NCBI GenBank assembly: GCA_020891255.1
Contig: BQFW01000001.1
Location: 2,294,001 to 2,358,000 of the forward strand
Origin: Entomortierella parvispora E1425
Lineage: Eukaryota; Fungi; Mortierellomycota
Reading direction: 5' to 3'
DNA length: 64,000 nucleotides
Within the stretch, counting starts at the first letter, position 1. Each line of letters opens with the position of its first letter. A model generated the notes under the pieces. It saw only the letters and a list, made by a program, of their open reading frames with translations. It was not told where the DNA came from and did no database searches. The translations under genes and the position numbers were made by a program. Positions 52,775 through 64,000 of this stretch are shown piece by piece.

Positions 52775-53399
52775 AAAGCCATTCCACCCCCCTTTTTCCA
52801 TCCCGTCCCCTCCCCGACTCATTCTTTTTTCATGCACAGCTCATAAACTAACTAAAACAGGGTAGAAAAGACGGGAAAGGACTGTTAATAAAACACCAAC
52901 CTTTTGCATACAAGCCATAATGACTCAAAAAAAAAAAGAGAAAGTGCAAAAAAACCCCTTAAAGGAGATAGGAGAGCGCGTCTTCGGCACGCGCTCTAGT
53001 TTTTTTGAATGATTTGTATTCTTTTATTGCGATCTGCGTGTATGATCCGGCTGTCCTGCAGGTAGACTCCGGTATAGAGGGTGATACGGTATGAGAAATC
53101 GAGGAGGAAATGAATTAGGGAGAGATATGGGTATTATGAAACTAGGGAGAAAGAGGAGGCTGACAAGAAGCCTCTGGAAAGAGTATTTACAGACGGTTTG
53201 CAGAAGAGAGAGTGCGAGAGATGTGTTGTACAGTAGAAGAATGGGATAAAAGATGACGAGAGAAGGAAGCAAGAAAAAAAAAAAAAGAGAGAGAGAGAAT
53301 GACCTTCCTCCTCACATCGATTTCAAGAGTGTTTGTTGGACGGAGGTTTTGGCTTGCAAAGTCGTCTGTGGGCATGGTTGATTTTTTTTTCTGACTCGT

Positions 53400-55364
53400 T
53401 CACAAGGCTTGGCTCAGCATGCTCAAGACCACAGCAGCCTCTTCCACCTTGCGTCTTTGACGGAACTTGCGAGCCCAAAGACGCTTGCTCTTCCGAGTCC
53501 TCTCCTTCCGGTCCTTGTCATCCTTGACACGACCGTCGGGCAAGGAGTCCCATTTGCACTTGCGGGGGTGCATGGTGGGGCTCATGTTGTGGACATTTTT
53601 CAAGTGTCGTCGCAGGTTGCAGTTTTGGTTCTTGCTTGGTTTGAACGCACGACTGCAGACGGGACAAAGCAACAGCTGGGAGCTGTTGTTGTTGTTGTTG
53701 TTGCTATGGGTGTGGTGGTTGCCACCGTTCCCCATGGACGAGGAAGGGCTGCCGGGGGACGATGGAGAGTCCATCCTCTCATTCTTGATAAACGTATGGT
53801 GCGAGGACGATGGGGAGGCGCCATAAGGATGCATCTGACCTCCAGGATGCATGTACTGACGTTGCTCTGAAGGCGTGTAAGGCGAAGACTCACGCGAGTA
53901 CTCTTGCCCCTCATCCGACGACTCTGTGGAGGACCGACGACGGTGGTGAGGAAGAGCGTACGGATGGTGCTTGGGGTACATGGCAGGAGAGTATTCCTCG
54001 TTCTTGACAAAAGCAGAGTGGGCCTGACCGACAGTAGCAATATTTCGGGTCGAGACCTGGAGATGAGGAAGGGTCGGGGTCAAGGGTGTGGAGAGGATAG
54101 AACTAAGAGAGGAAGGGATCGTGTTTTGGGTGGGTGCGGTAACAACAGAAGCAGGGGCGGGGGCGTGACGGGGTGGCGGCGGCGCTGAGATGGACAACGA
54201 CGAAACTGGAGAGTAGACAAGTCGACTGGAGCATTGATTCTCTTCCTTGACGATGGCTGGAGTGATGGGGGTTGACGGGGTCGGCAAATGATGGGAGTAT
54301 GATGAAGAAGAAAAGGACGAAGTGGGGAAGGTGGAGGAGGAAGGAGGAGTCGATGGTCGTGAAAAGTAGTCACCGCCAGGTCCGTGGTTCATCATCATTC
54401 CTGATGGGGTCGTCGAGGCCGACGAGGCCGAAGCACCCATCCAAGGGGCAGCAGTAGCTGACGCCATCCGTGCATGGAATTCCCGTTGCGACGAGGCAGG
54501 AGAATAATCCACATGATCCCGGCCGAGCAAAGGCGACTGGGGTGGGTAGGGAGATGAAGAAGCAGTGGTCTGTTGACCAGAATACTGCCTGAACCGAGTC
54601 GCCGTCGTCGTTGGCGCCGATGCAGTAGCAGGATGTGGAATTGATTCGCGAATGTGATGATGAGGATTGTGATGGGCTGGTTGTTGGAACTTTTGTTGAG
54701 AATGATGAGGTGGATGATGAGGATGAGGATGGATGTTGTGCTGCTGCTGCTGCTGCTGCTGTTGTTGTTGTTGTTGCTGATGTTGATGTTGTGTTGACTG
54801 ATACGGTTGGTAGTGATTTGGATGATGATGCTGTCTTGAAGGAAGACCATGGAACGGTGGCAGCTGATGAGTGTACCGTTCCCGCTCTTGTGGCAGAGGA
54901 GAGAACGGAGACAGGATCATGGGTGCATGCTTATCCTGCGCTTGGTCTTGATGACCACCGTGGGTACTGTGCATCGATGCCTTGTGTGGGCCAGTGGTCA
55001 CTGTAGTGTGTTGCTGATGATGAGGGTGAGTGAGTGAGACTGGACGGTCTTGTGAGAACGAGGGTGACCTACTCAACACATCGCAGGGTGTTGCTGGGCC
55101 TGGAGAAGTGGAAGGAGAACGACCAGAGGTGGAGCATGCACTATACTGACTGTGCAAGGACGAGCTCGAGAATCGCGATGTCAATGAGAAGGATCGGCTT
55201 TGGAAGGACAGGGCCGGTGAGGCCGATGTTGGTGTAGAGGGCATTCTTTGGGGATGGTGCGAAGGAGAAGGACAATTGCTGTTGTGTTTGGAGGAGGAAG
55301 CTGTTGAGAGGTAAGGAGCGAAATTGGTTTGGATCGAAGGAAGATCGACCGATGGACTCGACAT
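53400..55364 (-). CDS. Single-exon C2H2 zinc-finger transcription factor with poly-Q, His and Ser-rich regions
   Basis: 654-aa ORF; CPVCSRAFKPSKNQNCNLRRHLKNVH finger, basic helix RKERTRKSKRLWARKFRQRRK, C-terminal EEAAVVLSMLS. Confidence 0.85.
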   Translation of the reverse strand: MSSPSVDLPSIQTNFAPYLSTASSSKHNSNCPSPSHHPQRMPSTPTSASPALSFQSRSFSLTSRFSSSSLHSQYSACSTSGRSPSTSPGPATPCDVLSRSPSFSQDRPVSLTHPHHQQHTTVTTGPHKASMHSTHGGHQDQAQDKHAPMILSPFSPLPQERERYTHQLPPFHGLPSRQHHHPNHYQPYQSTQHQHQQQQQQQQQQQQQHNIHPHPHHPPHHSQQKFQQPAHHNPHHHIRESIPHPATASAPTTTATRFRQYSGQQTTASSSPYPPQSPLLGRDHVDYSPASSQREFHARMASATAAPWMGASASSASTTPSGMMMNHGPGGDYFSRPSTPPSSSTFPTSSFSSSSYSHHLPTPSTPITPAIVKEENQCSSRLVYSPVSSLSISAPPPPRHAPAPASVVTAPTQNTIPSSLSSILSTPLTPTLPHLQVSTRNIATVGQAHSAFVKNEEYSPAMYPKHHPYALPHHRRRSSTESSDEGQEYSRESSPYTPSEQRQYMHPGGQMHPYGASPSSSHHTFIKNERMDSPSSPGSPSSSMGNGGNHHTHSNNNNNNSSQLLLCPVCSRAFKPSKNQNCNLRRHLKNVHNMSPTMHPRKCKWDSLPDGRVKDDKDRKERTRKSKRLWARKFRQRRKVEEAAVVLSMLSQAL

Positions 55365-56544
55365 TGTGGGACGGCTGATGGGGGGGATGAAGGTGTTCTT
55401 TTTTTTTCTTTTCGAGAAATGAATGGATCGAAGGTCGAACCAGAAATGAAAGTGTGGAAAGCAGTGGAAAAAAGATAAGCCCTGGGAGGTTGTGGAAATA
55501 TGATGTATTGTTATCAGTGTCGAGCTGTGTGCGCTGCGGCCGTTTCTATGCTATTTCGTTGCGCTTGCTGTTGCAGAAGAAGCCATGTACGGGAAAGAGA
55601 AGAAGAAGGGATATTAATATATGAGGTTGAACAATTGGACAATCTTGTGGTGGTCAAAGCACGCGTTTTGTGCAGATTGACGGTGTGGATTTGGTTCGTG
55701 GAACAATGGCGGGAGGGCACAGGGATTCATGCCACGGAATTATTTACCCAACGAACAAGGGTGGAGAGGATGGGAAGGAATGGAATGGACCCTGGAAGAA
55801 ATGGGGCAAAGGGAGAACGGGTAGACGGCGTTAAATGTTGGAGGGTGAAGTAGACTGTCGGTCGAATGAGGTTCGCGAGGATTTGGGAATCGAACAAAAA
55901 GAATAAAAAAAAAAAAAAAAAGAGGAAAGGAAGACAAAAAGAAGGATCGCTCGGTTGCTCCTTTAGCACTTTAAAAGAACCACAGCCAGGAACCAGATGG
56001 AAGCTGATAAGTGACAAATAAGAGATGGTCTAAGGGAGCCAAGAGAAGGGATGGAGAGAAAGAGGGAGGGGGGGGGGAAGATGGTCGATGGTAGCTGATG
56101 TTGGTGATTACAGGAGAGGAAAAGACGAAAAGCTGAAAGAAGGATGGGAGGAGGGGCGAAAAAAGGAGATGGATGCGCATTCTCGACGGTGGAGGAGTGA
56201 GGAGCGAGGAGAGAAAAGACAAAAGAAGCAGCAGCTCCAATTGAAGGGTGTACATGGTATAATTAGTCGGAAACAAAGGAGAATGTAGTTGTCAAGGTAC
56301 CATACCTTCGGTAGACTAGAAGTCCTTGTTGAAACAGAGAGGGCGGCGTGGGGTAGGAGGAGCTGGAGTAGAGAATGAAAAGGGATGGACGTGAGCCGCG
56401 GCTGGTGAGATGAGAGAAAGCGGGCAGAACGAGCGAACAAAGTAGACAGAGGAGGGCCGGTGACGATGTGAGAGCCAGCACGGAGGCGTGGATGAATAAT
56501 TGATTGGAGAGAAGAGCGAAGGAAGAAGAAGAAGAGGATTTCGG

Positions 56545-56590
56545 TGGTGGTGATGGTGGTGGTGGTGGTGGTGGTGGTGGTGGTGGTGGA
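56545..56590. repeat. (GGT)n microsatellite
   Basis: Nearly perfect run of GGT triplets seen directly. Confidence 0.9.
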
Positions 56591-59500
56591 GATGCTTTCA
56601 AGGCATGTCCTCCCAAGAGAAGGGACAGGGAGATCGAGGGAGAGCTGAGCGCCCAAGGGGTGTCTGTGTCTGCATCCAACCGACTGTCGTGGCCAGGACA
56701 AAGGTACAAACACACGGACACACATCGCCATGCTCTCGCTCTGTTGATTCCTTGAGCGTCATGCACGATCCAGTGCCTCTGTCCAACGTCGCCGACATGC
56801 ATGTTTTGCTATCTCGTTCGTTGTGCCTTGCTCCATTGACCTTCATCAAGGGGCGAGGACGAAGGAACAGGTGAATGAATGGGGGCAGAGGGCATGGTAC
56901 ACTTTTGGTGTACCTGTCGAGTCCGCCAGTGGGGTTCAAGGGATCATTAGGTGAAGAAGTTCGTTGTTGTTGCTGATGCTGTTGTCCTCATTACTATGAT
57001 TACTACTGGTGTAATGTCAAGAACAAGAAAAGGAAGAGGAGGAAGAGGAGGAGGAGAAAGAACGCGATGAGGGCACTGTCCCTCCTCCTTTCTTCCCCGA
57101 GTCGATGCACGGCACTCTTTGTGTTTGATAGCTCGTTACTCCACCGACAGGTTACCTTTCTTGGCCAAAGATACCATCCGTCTGAAGCCCTTCGGTCTAG
57201 ACGTATGTTGGACAGTGACAATAAAAAGAGATGCTACTTGCAAGCCAATTGTTACCGTGGGCCGGGTAACCAGCTTATCAGCTTGTCCCTTCTTTTTGGC
57301 TGCCTTGATGGTACGCTTCTTTTTTTCCTCCATTACTCTGCAGTAGAATCAACGTATGCTGCAACAACCACTTCCCGCAAGGCTTTACACCGAGAGCTGG
57401 TAGATCTGGGCTCGACAGTTGCGGCCTGTTTGCCGTCAATGGTAGTAACAGACATGAGGAAGAGGAAGGAAGGCGACGATCTACTGCACACCTGTCCATA
57501 TCCTCTCCACTCCTGCGCTCCTCCCGAACTTCCCGTCATCTTGCAAACCCCACTCCTGAAAGCAGAAAACAGTAGGGTCCATCAGCATCGTGGCCGCTCC
57601 CTCCCACCGTTACTTTCATGTCCATCTGTCTTTCTGTCCCCCAAATCGACTTTGGATCGAAAAAGATGAAAACAAAGGCAAAAAAAAAAGTCTCCGTTTC
57701 CCACCATCGGGCACTGTGCTACCATGAATTAGCTCATGGCTTGTTTATTCCTCCTGGCGGGCATGGTCACTCTCTGTAGAACCACACCCTGTCCTGTCTC
57801 CCTCCATCTGACAGTTGGCATCAAGATTTTTGCAGGAGAGGGCGCGCATCCAAAAACAAGAGACACCAAGCGGCAATGCAACATTGTCAGGGAGGGTTGA
57901 AATGAGGAGGGGGGGTCAACTGAGGGGAATCCACCCTTCTCTCGCAGGAAGAGCTGGGGTTCATCTAACTCAAGTCCCCTCTAGCCCTTCATTTTACCTC
58001 GTTCTTCAGAGTAGCTACCCCTTTGACTAATAGACCCAACGCCCTTTGTCGCTCACGATATTTCATCAACCATTTCCCCTACCTCCTTCTTACTCCTTGA
58101 TCAGATTGTTCAGCGAGCTCTTCTTGCCCTGAACAAAATAAAAAAAAAACACGAAAGAGCGCGCAGTCCCGCGTTTCGGCCACAAGATTAATGCAGAAAA
58201 AGAGAGCGCACCACAATGCCTTTTCTCTTTTTCTTTTCTTTTAAAAGACTAAAAGACAGAAAACACGATGAACACAACATCGTGGGGTCAGGGCAAGGTT
58301 CAGGGGTTATAATGAAAAAAGGAAAAAGCAGTGGGAAGAGGGGAAAGACCATCCACCAAGAGAGATTGCATCATCCATCTCAAGTCCCTTCGTGTTTTTG
58401 TTTTTCTTTGGTCAGACACGAAAAAATAGCGTCGCCGTGCTTTGTCCAACCTTCAAGTATGGCGGGAGCACCATTGCGGAGGATAAAGGAAATTGGCTGT
58501 GGTTCTTGGGTGCCACCAATAATTCAAAGAATGTGTTACTGAGCGACAAACCTCTTGTGTGCATTTTTTTTTTTTTTTTTTTTGCGCGCCAAAAAGATCT
58601 TGCAGAAGAACTAGGAAGAGCAGGCAAAGAGAGGGCCAGACAATTAGGCTGATCCTCCTTTGTGCTGCCAGGAAAACGATTCTACTGAACCGATCTGAAC
58701 AAAGAAAAACGCGCACCAATCGATCTGTCTTTGTCTTTTTCTGCATCTCTTTATTCGGATTGCTTTGTATCAGGGTCAGACATGGGTCAATTTAGCAGGT
58801 GCATTGCATCGCATTCTGATCGGGGACCCCAAACAATACGACTTGTTTTATACTTCTCATTCTTCTTTCTCTCTCGGGTTCTGCATTAACCTAAACTTTG
58901 CCAATGGGTCGACGGACAGAGGCATGCACAGTCGAGTCGTCAGTTCTCCTCCCGCTCATTTTCTTCCTTCCTCCTTCTCGGCTTGACCCGACTTTTTGCT
59001 CAAAAGCTTTCGGCCCGGGTGCTTTTGAACAGAGAGAGAAACGAAAGAAGGAAGAAAAAAAAGCAGGGAGGCGGGACGAGGAGGACCATGCATCAATGCA
59101 TCATGCAAAAAGAGAACCGTTTGTTCGATCAACTAGCTACCTATAAAAAAGCATCCTTTGTTTGTTTGCTGGGATGTTAATGTTTGTTTTTGGACAAGTC
59201 AAAAAGTCACAACAATGTCTCGAGCTGTCTCCTCAAGACCCCAAGGCCAATGCAGGAGGCGCGCCAAATGGGAAACACACGAATACAAACAACGTGGGTG
59301 CCAAAAAAAACACGCGAAACTAAAAACATTGTTTTCAAGGGGGCGCAAAAAAACAAGAGCACAAACAAGCCCAAGCATCTTTGGGGCGGGCGACGCCCAA
59401 TGCTGTCTGCCAAGCTGCCTGACGGCCAATCTGTCGGTCAGAGTTCCTTTTCAAAGTTCCTGTAACGTTTTTATTAATTTGGTCGGTATTAATGTCCCCC

Positions 59501-59719
59501 CCTCTCCCCTTTCCAACCCCCTTCCGTTGGGGCTCTTTAATTGCCTCGGCAGCATGGTCGCCGACAATTGCAAGCAGGAACAACAGACAGGAACAAAAAA
59601 AAGCATCTACAAACCTTGTAAACGAACGAATCTCAGATAATGTACAAGTTGTATTAGAAAAAGTTTGTTTGCACCCTCTCTCTCTCCTCTAGTTTGAAAT
59701 CTCTTTGCGTGCTGGATGG

Positions 59720-61078
59720 TTACATGCTGGCCATGCTAACAAGGGAAGAGTCGCCGGTGATATGAGTAAAGGCGACCTGCATCAGAATACGACACATGAT
59801 CCCAAAGACAATCACCAACGTCGTCGGTAGATAGCCCGTATCCAAGAACACGGACAGAGCCTCAATGTTGGACGTGAAGACTATGAAGTTGACCAGTAAC
59901 CAGGAGTGTTCCAGTGCCGTGTAATCCCAGATCACCATCAGGATTAAAAACATCTTGCCGAAACTCGAGATGATCAAAGTCGTCGTGATGTAGTTGTATC
60001 TGGAGAGGCGTTTGCAAGTGAGAAGGGTCACAGGCAAGAACGTGAGTCAATTTTTGTTTGTTCCTCAAGATGCAAAAAAAATGGCCAATGTTCACCAGCT
60101 TTTTTTTAAGAAACAGTTCTCGGACTTACTTTAAAATGGCGTACCGGCCGCCATACCACAAGCTCACAATGAGTCGAACTCCAAAGTGGAACGACAAGAA
60201 CTCTGCAATCGAGGAAAACAAAAATACGAAAATGAGCATCATTTTCCAATTCTGTTCCGTGACATCCTTGATGTTCCACAGGTTGCCCTGCATATCGCCT
60301 CTCGTCGATCTTTCCAACTGCTTACCAATGATGCACAGAAACAGGATATAAAGGTATTGTAATACGAGAGCATGTTGTGCGAATCCTGCATCTGCCACTG
60401 TTGCCTCCTGCTCAAGTCGGAACCATTTGATGTCTGTTAAGTGGGAGAGATTCGGTGAATAACAGGTATCTCGAAGAGGATCCTACTCCCATTCTCCATG
60501 GGGTCATATATGTCGATTCACTTACAGACATCGAACAGGATCAGCAATACGCCCAACTTGAACACGTTTTGCTAAAGTGACATAGTATTGTCCATGTTAG
60601 CGAGTCGAGTCTTAAATAACTATGCCCATCGCACCTTCGCCAGAGATCTACCATCCGAGAAACATCCCGTAGGCAAGGTGAAAGAGCGAAGGCCGAGATC
60701 AAGCTTCCAGATCGTGTCTAATCGCCAGGTTGTCCCCATTTGATGCCCTTAGACTTACATCGATACCTATATCCCGATAAGGTAGTCGATTGAATAACAG
60801 GTGTCGATAAACCGGCTTTTTGTGGAGGATCATGTCCACAAAGATTATCACAAAGTCGTGCTCCACATATTTGTCCGCTAGCTTCTGACAGTGCTCCTAT
60901 ATATCAGTTTTTTTTCCGAGAAAACGAGTCGTCAGCTTTCCTTCTTTTGTTCATCTTGTATTCTCGTCCATGATGCAATCCCATGAATCCATACGCAGTA
61001 GGTGAGTCGGATGTTTCCTTTGCTGTATTCGGTGTAGAGTGACGAAACTGCAGCGCCACACTCGACACAGGTTGGCAT
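59720..61078 (-). CDS. ARV1: Arv1 family sterol homeostasis protein
   Basis: N-terminal MPTCVECGAAVSSLYTEYSKGNIRLTYC zinc motif; later TM exons (YLYILFLC...FLFSSIAEFLSFHFGVRL; LIISSFGKMFLILMVIWDY). Confidence 0.93.
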
Positions 61079-61223
61079 GGTGATGTCGATGAAGGAGGCA
61101 TCAGCATCAAGCAATGCACGAAAAACTGTTCTTCGTGATTCATGGCACGTGACGCGCATGGATTTGACGAATGGATGGGATGTTTACAAGCTGTCTGTCT
61201 ATTTCTTCATTTTTTTCCCTATG

Positions 61224-64000
61224 TTACTCAAAATCATCGTCGTCCTCGTCATCCTCAACAATATTAGCGTCAGAGTCTGATCCTGCAGAATCATCCCCTT
61301 CGGCCGTTTCTTTGTCCGAATCAGACTGCAAGATTGCATCGATATCTTCCATGATCTTCGCCAGTTTGGCCGACGCCTGTGCCTTGGATCTAGAGGTAAG
61401 AGTACGCCAGAGATCAGAATGTTGTCCAAAGCAAGGTGGATAAGTTTCGTAATAAAAAATAGGAAAGCGTATTCAACTTACGCCTTTTTTCTCCGTTCTC
61501 TCAAGACCGGAGGCGCCTTGATCACTTCTTCAATAGAATCTGCAGGTTGAAAAAAAGAGAGAGAGAGAGAGAGGTAAGCACATGCGTCCTTCAAGCGAGA
61601 CTTCATTCACAAGTATAGGATGCATCCTCCCGGTGATTACCTTCTGGTGGCTCAAATCCGTCCAAGAACGAGACCTCCTCAGTCAATTCAGCCAACTTGT
61701 TCAGCTCATCATCATCCAGTGCCTCCGGAGCATCATCAAACATTTTGAGGATGTTCTTCTCGATCGATTGGATATATTTTTTGGCACTGAGTTCCTGGAA
61801 AGGACGTTTCTAGTTTCATTAAGATACCAGTAGAATAGTATTAGTCTACGTCCTGAGCAACAGCTCTCGAACTAGTGGGACTGAACTTACATGCTTGAGA
61901 TTTCCAAGAAGTAGCGTCAACTTCTTCAATCTGATCTCTCCCGCATCGGCATCCAGTCTGATCTTGAACAGGATACCAGGCAAGAATTTGCGTGTTTCTA
62001 AGAACAATAAATGCAAAACAAGGTTAAGTCTCTGAGTTCTCGAGTAACTGATGCAAAAGAATCCGGTTCGTACCCAAGCTTTCTGTGAACATAGCCTTGA
62101 CAAGGTTAATGGCGATATCCGCTGGCAAGCCAAAGTCGATGTTATTGATGTCATTTTCTGTGTCAGCACTATCATAAAAGAATGTTGCCAAAATGTGATT
62201 AGTAAAATAGTTTTTGTTCTAATTACCTGCAGCTTCAGCTCATTTGCCTCTTACCCAAGGACGCGGCGAGGTTCACACCACTCCAACAGCTGCTGAGCCA
62301 TGATCGTTGGCGTGGGCATGTTGGTCTTGGAATCTTGATAGAGCTGGATGAGATGCACCAAGATGGGAACAAAAATCTCGCTCAAGATTACCTGATTCTC
62401 GTGAGCAGAATGGAAGTAAACCTGCATGAAGTAGCTCAGACATTGTCGGAGGTGGTTGTTGTTGGCAGTTTCGGGATCAAAATACATTGTAATCAATGTG
62501 CGCAAGATCTTATATAAAATTGGCGTGTTAGCAAACATGCATCCCGGTTCAGATCAATTCCCCAAAGGCCCTGAGGAGTACAATACCTGTGCATTCTTCA
62601 ACAACTTGGTGAGCATCAACTTGGCCAATCCCTCGGCTGCAATGGCTTGCAGTTCGGGTGTCGTGCTTTCAAGGACCTTTGATAGATCCGTAATGATTCT
62701 ATCCTCTGTGATGTTGGCAGCCATGTTCTTCATGCCAAACGTGAGAAGCAAGTCAAAGACAATCTAAGAGACATGTAGAGCTCAAAGTTAGTCACGGAGA
62801 TCTAGAAGTAGCACACCTCAAGCCACCACGTGGCACTATACCTTTAGTGAGAGGGCATGCAGTGTGTCGTTGGCGTTGTCTGCGAATATACATGTCAAGA
62901 ACAACTCCATGTTGCCTTGAGCAAGCGCTTGATCCAATGCACAAATCAGACCAAGGCATTGCAAACCGAGCTGTTGCATGACTTCCTCATGTCTTGCAAG
63001 GGCTGGAATAACCAACTCGTTTAAAAGACCATACATATACGAGTTCTCTGTGAGGGGCTAGGTGGAAAAAAAAAAGATGTCGATTAAATGCCAAACATGA
63101 TAATGGTGATCTCTCTCCTATATTCCAGTCGCACTTGCTTACCTCTTCGCTCCGTTCCAACATGAATTTTGTAATCGTCAAGCAACGGATACGAATCAAC
63201 GTTGCCTCCATTTCACTCGGTGCCTTTCCAATGTCCTCTGCAGCAACGGATGATCTTCGTCTTGATATACTGCGTTTGCGTTTCCTTGGCGTGTCGGCCA
63301 TATCCAAGGTTTGATCGTCGGGGGAATCATCGTCATCCTAACGTTGGAGGGAAATATTTAGTATCCTTCTCGTATGGCCCAATCTGTGTCTCGATCATAT
63401 CAACCTTACATCCGAGCCTTCGGGATTTCTCAGGTACTCTTGCTCATCAATACTAGTGCGAATATCAGAGATGATCTCAATGACAATACGCGTAAAATCT
63501 TTCTCGTTCAGAGAAATCTTTCCCATTGTCTCCACAATACAATCCAAATGCTTGTCAGGGATATCATCGAGCATGAGCATTTCACCTAGAAGAAACTCGT
63601 GTTGATAAGATAAATGTCCTCAGATCACCAGGGCTCTCCAGCATCTTGCACTTACGAAGAAGGTTAAACATCTTGCGTCGACCGTTTTCGTCCGCGTAGT
63701 CGAGAAGCTTGGCGATCATCAAGAGTTGAGTCACAATGAACTCGGCTTCGGGGCGGTTCTCTTCTTCAGCCTCTTGCATCATGTTGCTGTATTTTTGGAT
63801 GTAGAACGCATGTCGAGTGACCTCTGGAACGGCTTTTTCGAACTGGATGTCATCGTCCTTGCTCCTGCAAAACTCTGCATAGGCTCTGACAAGAAGCGCA
63901 CTTTCTACAGTGAGATTGAACCAAAACACATCTTTCCACGTAATGAGAAGAACGATAAGTCAGTGTCATATTATCAACTCGTCCTTATCCGCTCCGTTGC
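61224..64000 (-). CDS. YCG1: Condensin complex subunit G (Ycg1/Cnd3/NCAPG), 3' part; gene continues beyond the window
   Basis: HEAT-repeat exons ESALLVRAY..., PEVTRHAFY...EFIVTQLLMIAKLLDYADENGRRKMFNLLR, GLQCLGLICALD, AIAAEGLAKLML, NNHLRQCLSYF; acidic C-terminus ...EDDEDDDDFE*. Confidence 0.93.

Noticed and set aside
51473-52837. Long antisense or alternate-frame ORFs over PUT2 (also over PDB1, ALG5, ABP1, KCH1)
   Set aside because: These are shadow ORFs caused by strong C-ending codon bias in the real genes.

Overview
Intron-rich fungal genomic DNA; the gene set and intron style suggest an early-diverging fungus, probably Mucoromycota/Mortierellaceae (inference). Housekeeping genes: PCNA, an MSP/VAP-domain protein, COX6B/COX12, calcineurin A, ABP1/drebrin, a Myb TF, KCH1, ALG5, PDB1, NSA2, PUT2, a C2H2 TF, ARV1 and the 3' part of condensin subunit G. 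Also present: a Frizzled/Smoothened-like GPCR, a membrane-anchored GH9 glucanase, a SWSAP1-like RecA-fold protein and a broken UstS-like GST. The standout is 15331-17845 (minus strand). What looks like a ~114-bp satellite is an array of repeated spliceosomal introns (GTAAG...AG) separated by 3-nt micro-exons. Splicing them in order between a signal-peptide exon and a terminal exon gives an open 43-aa prepropeptide, MKIQFLLVLVAFLGFTVAAP-VEKR-CGFDILGIIKAGCFDPPIK. This is a secreted, Kex2-type processed, two-Cys peptide encoded at about one amino acid per exon. All calls come from manual reading and translation; no searches were run.
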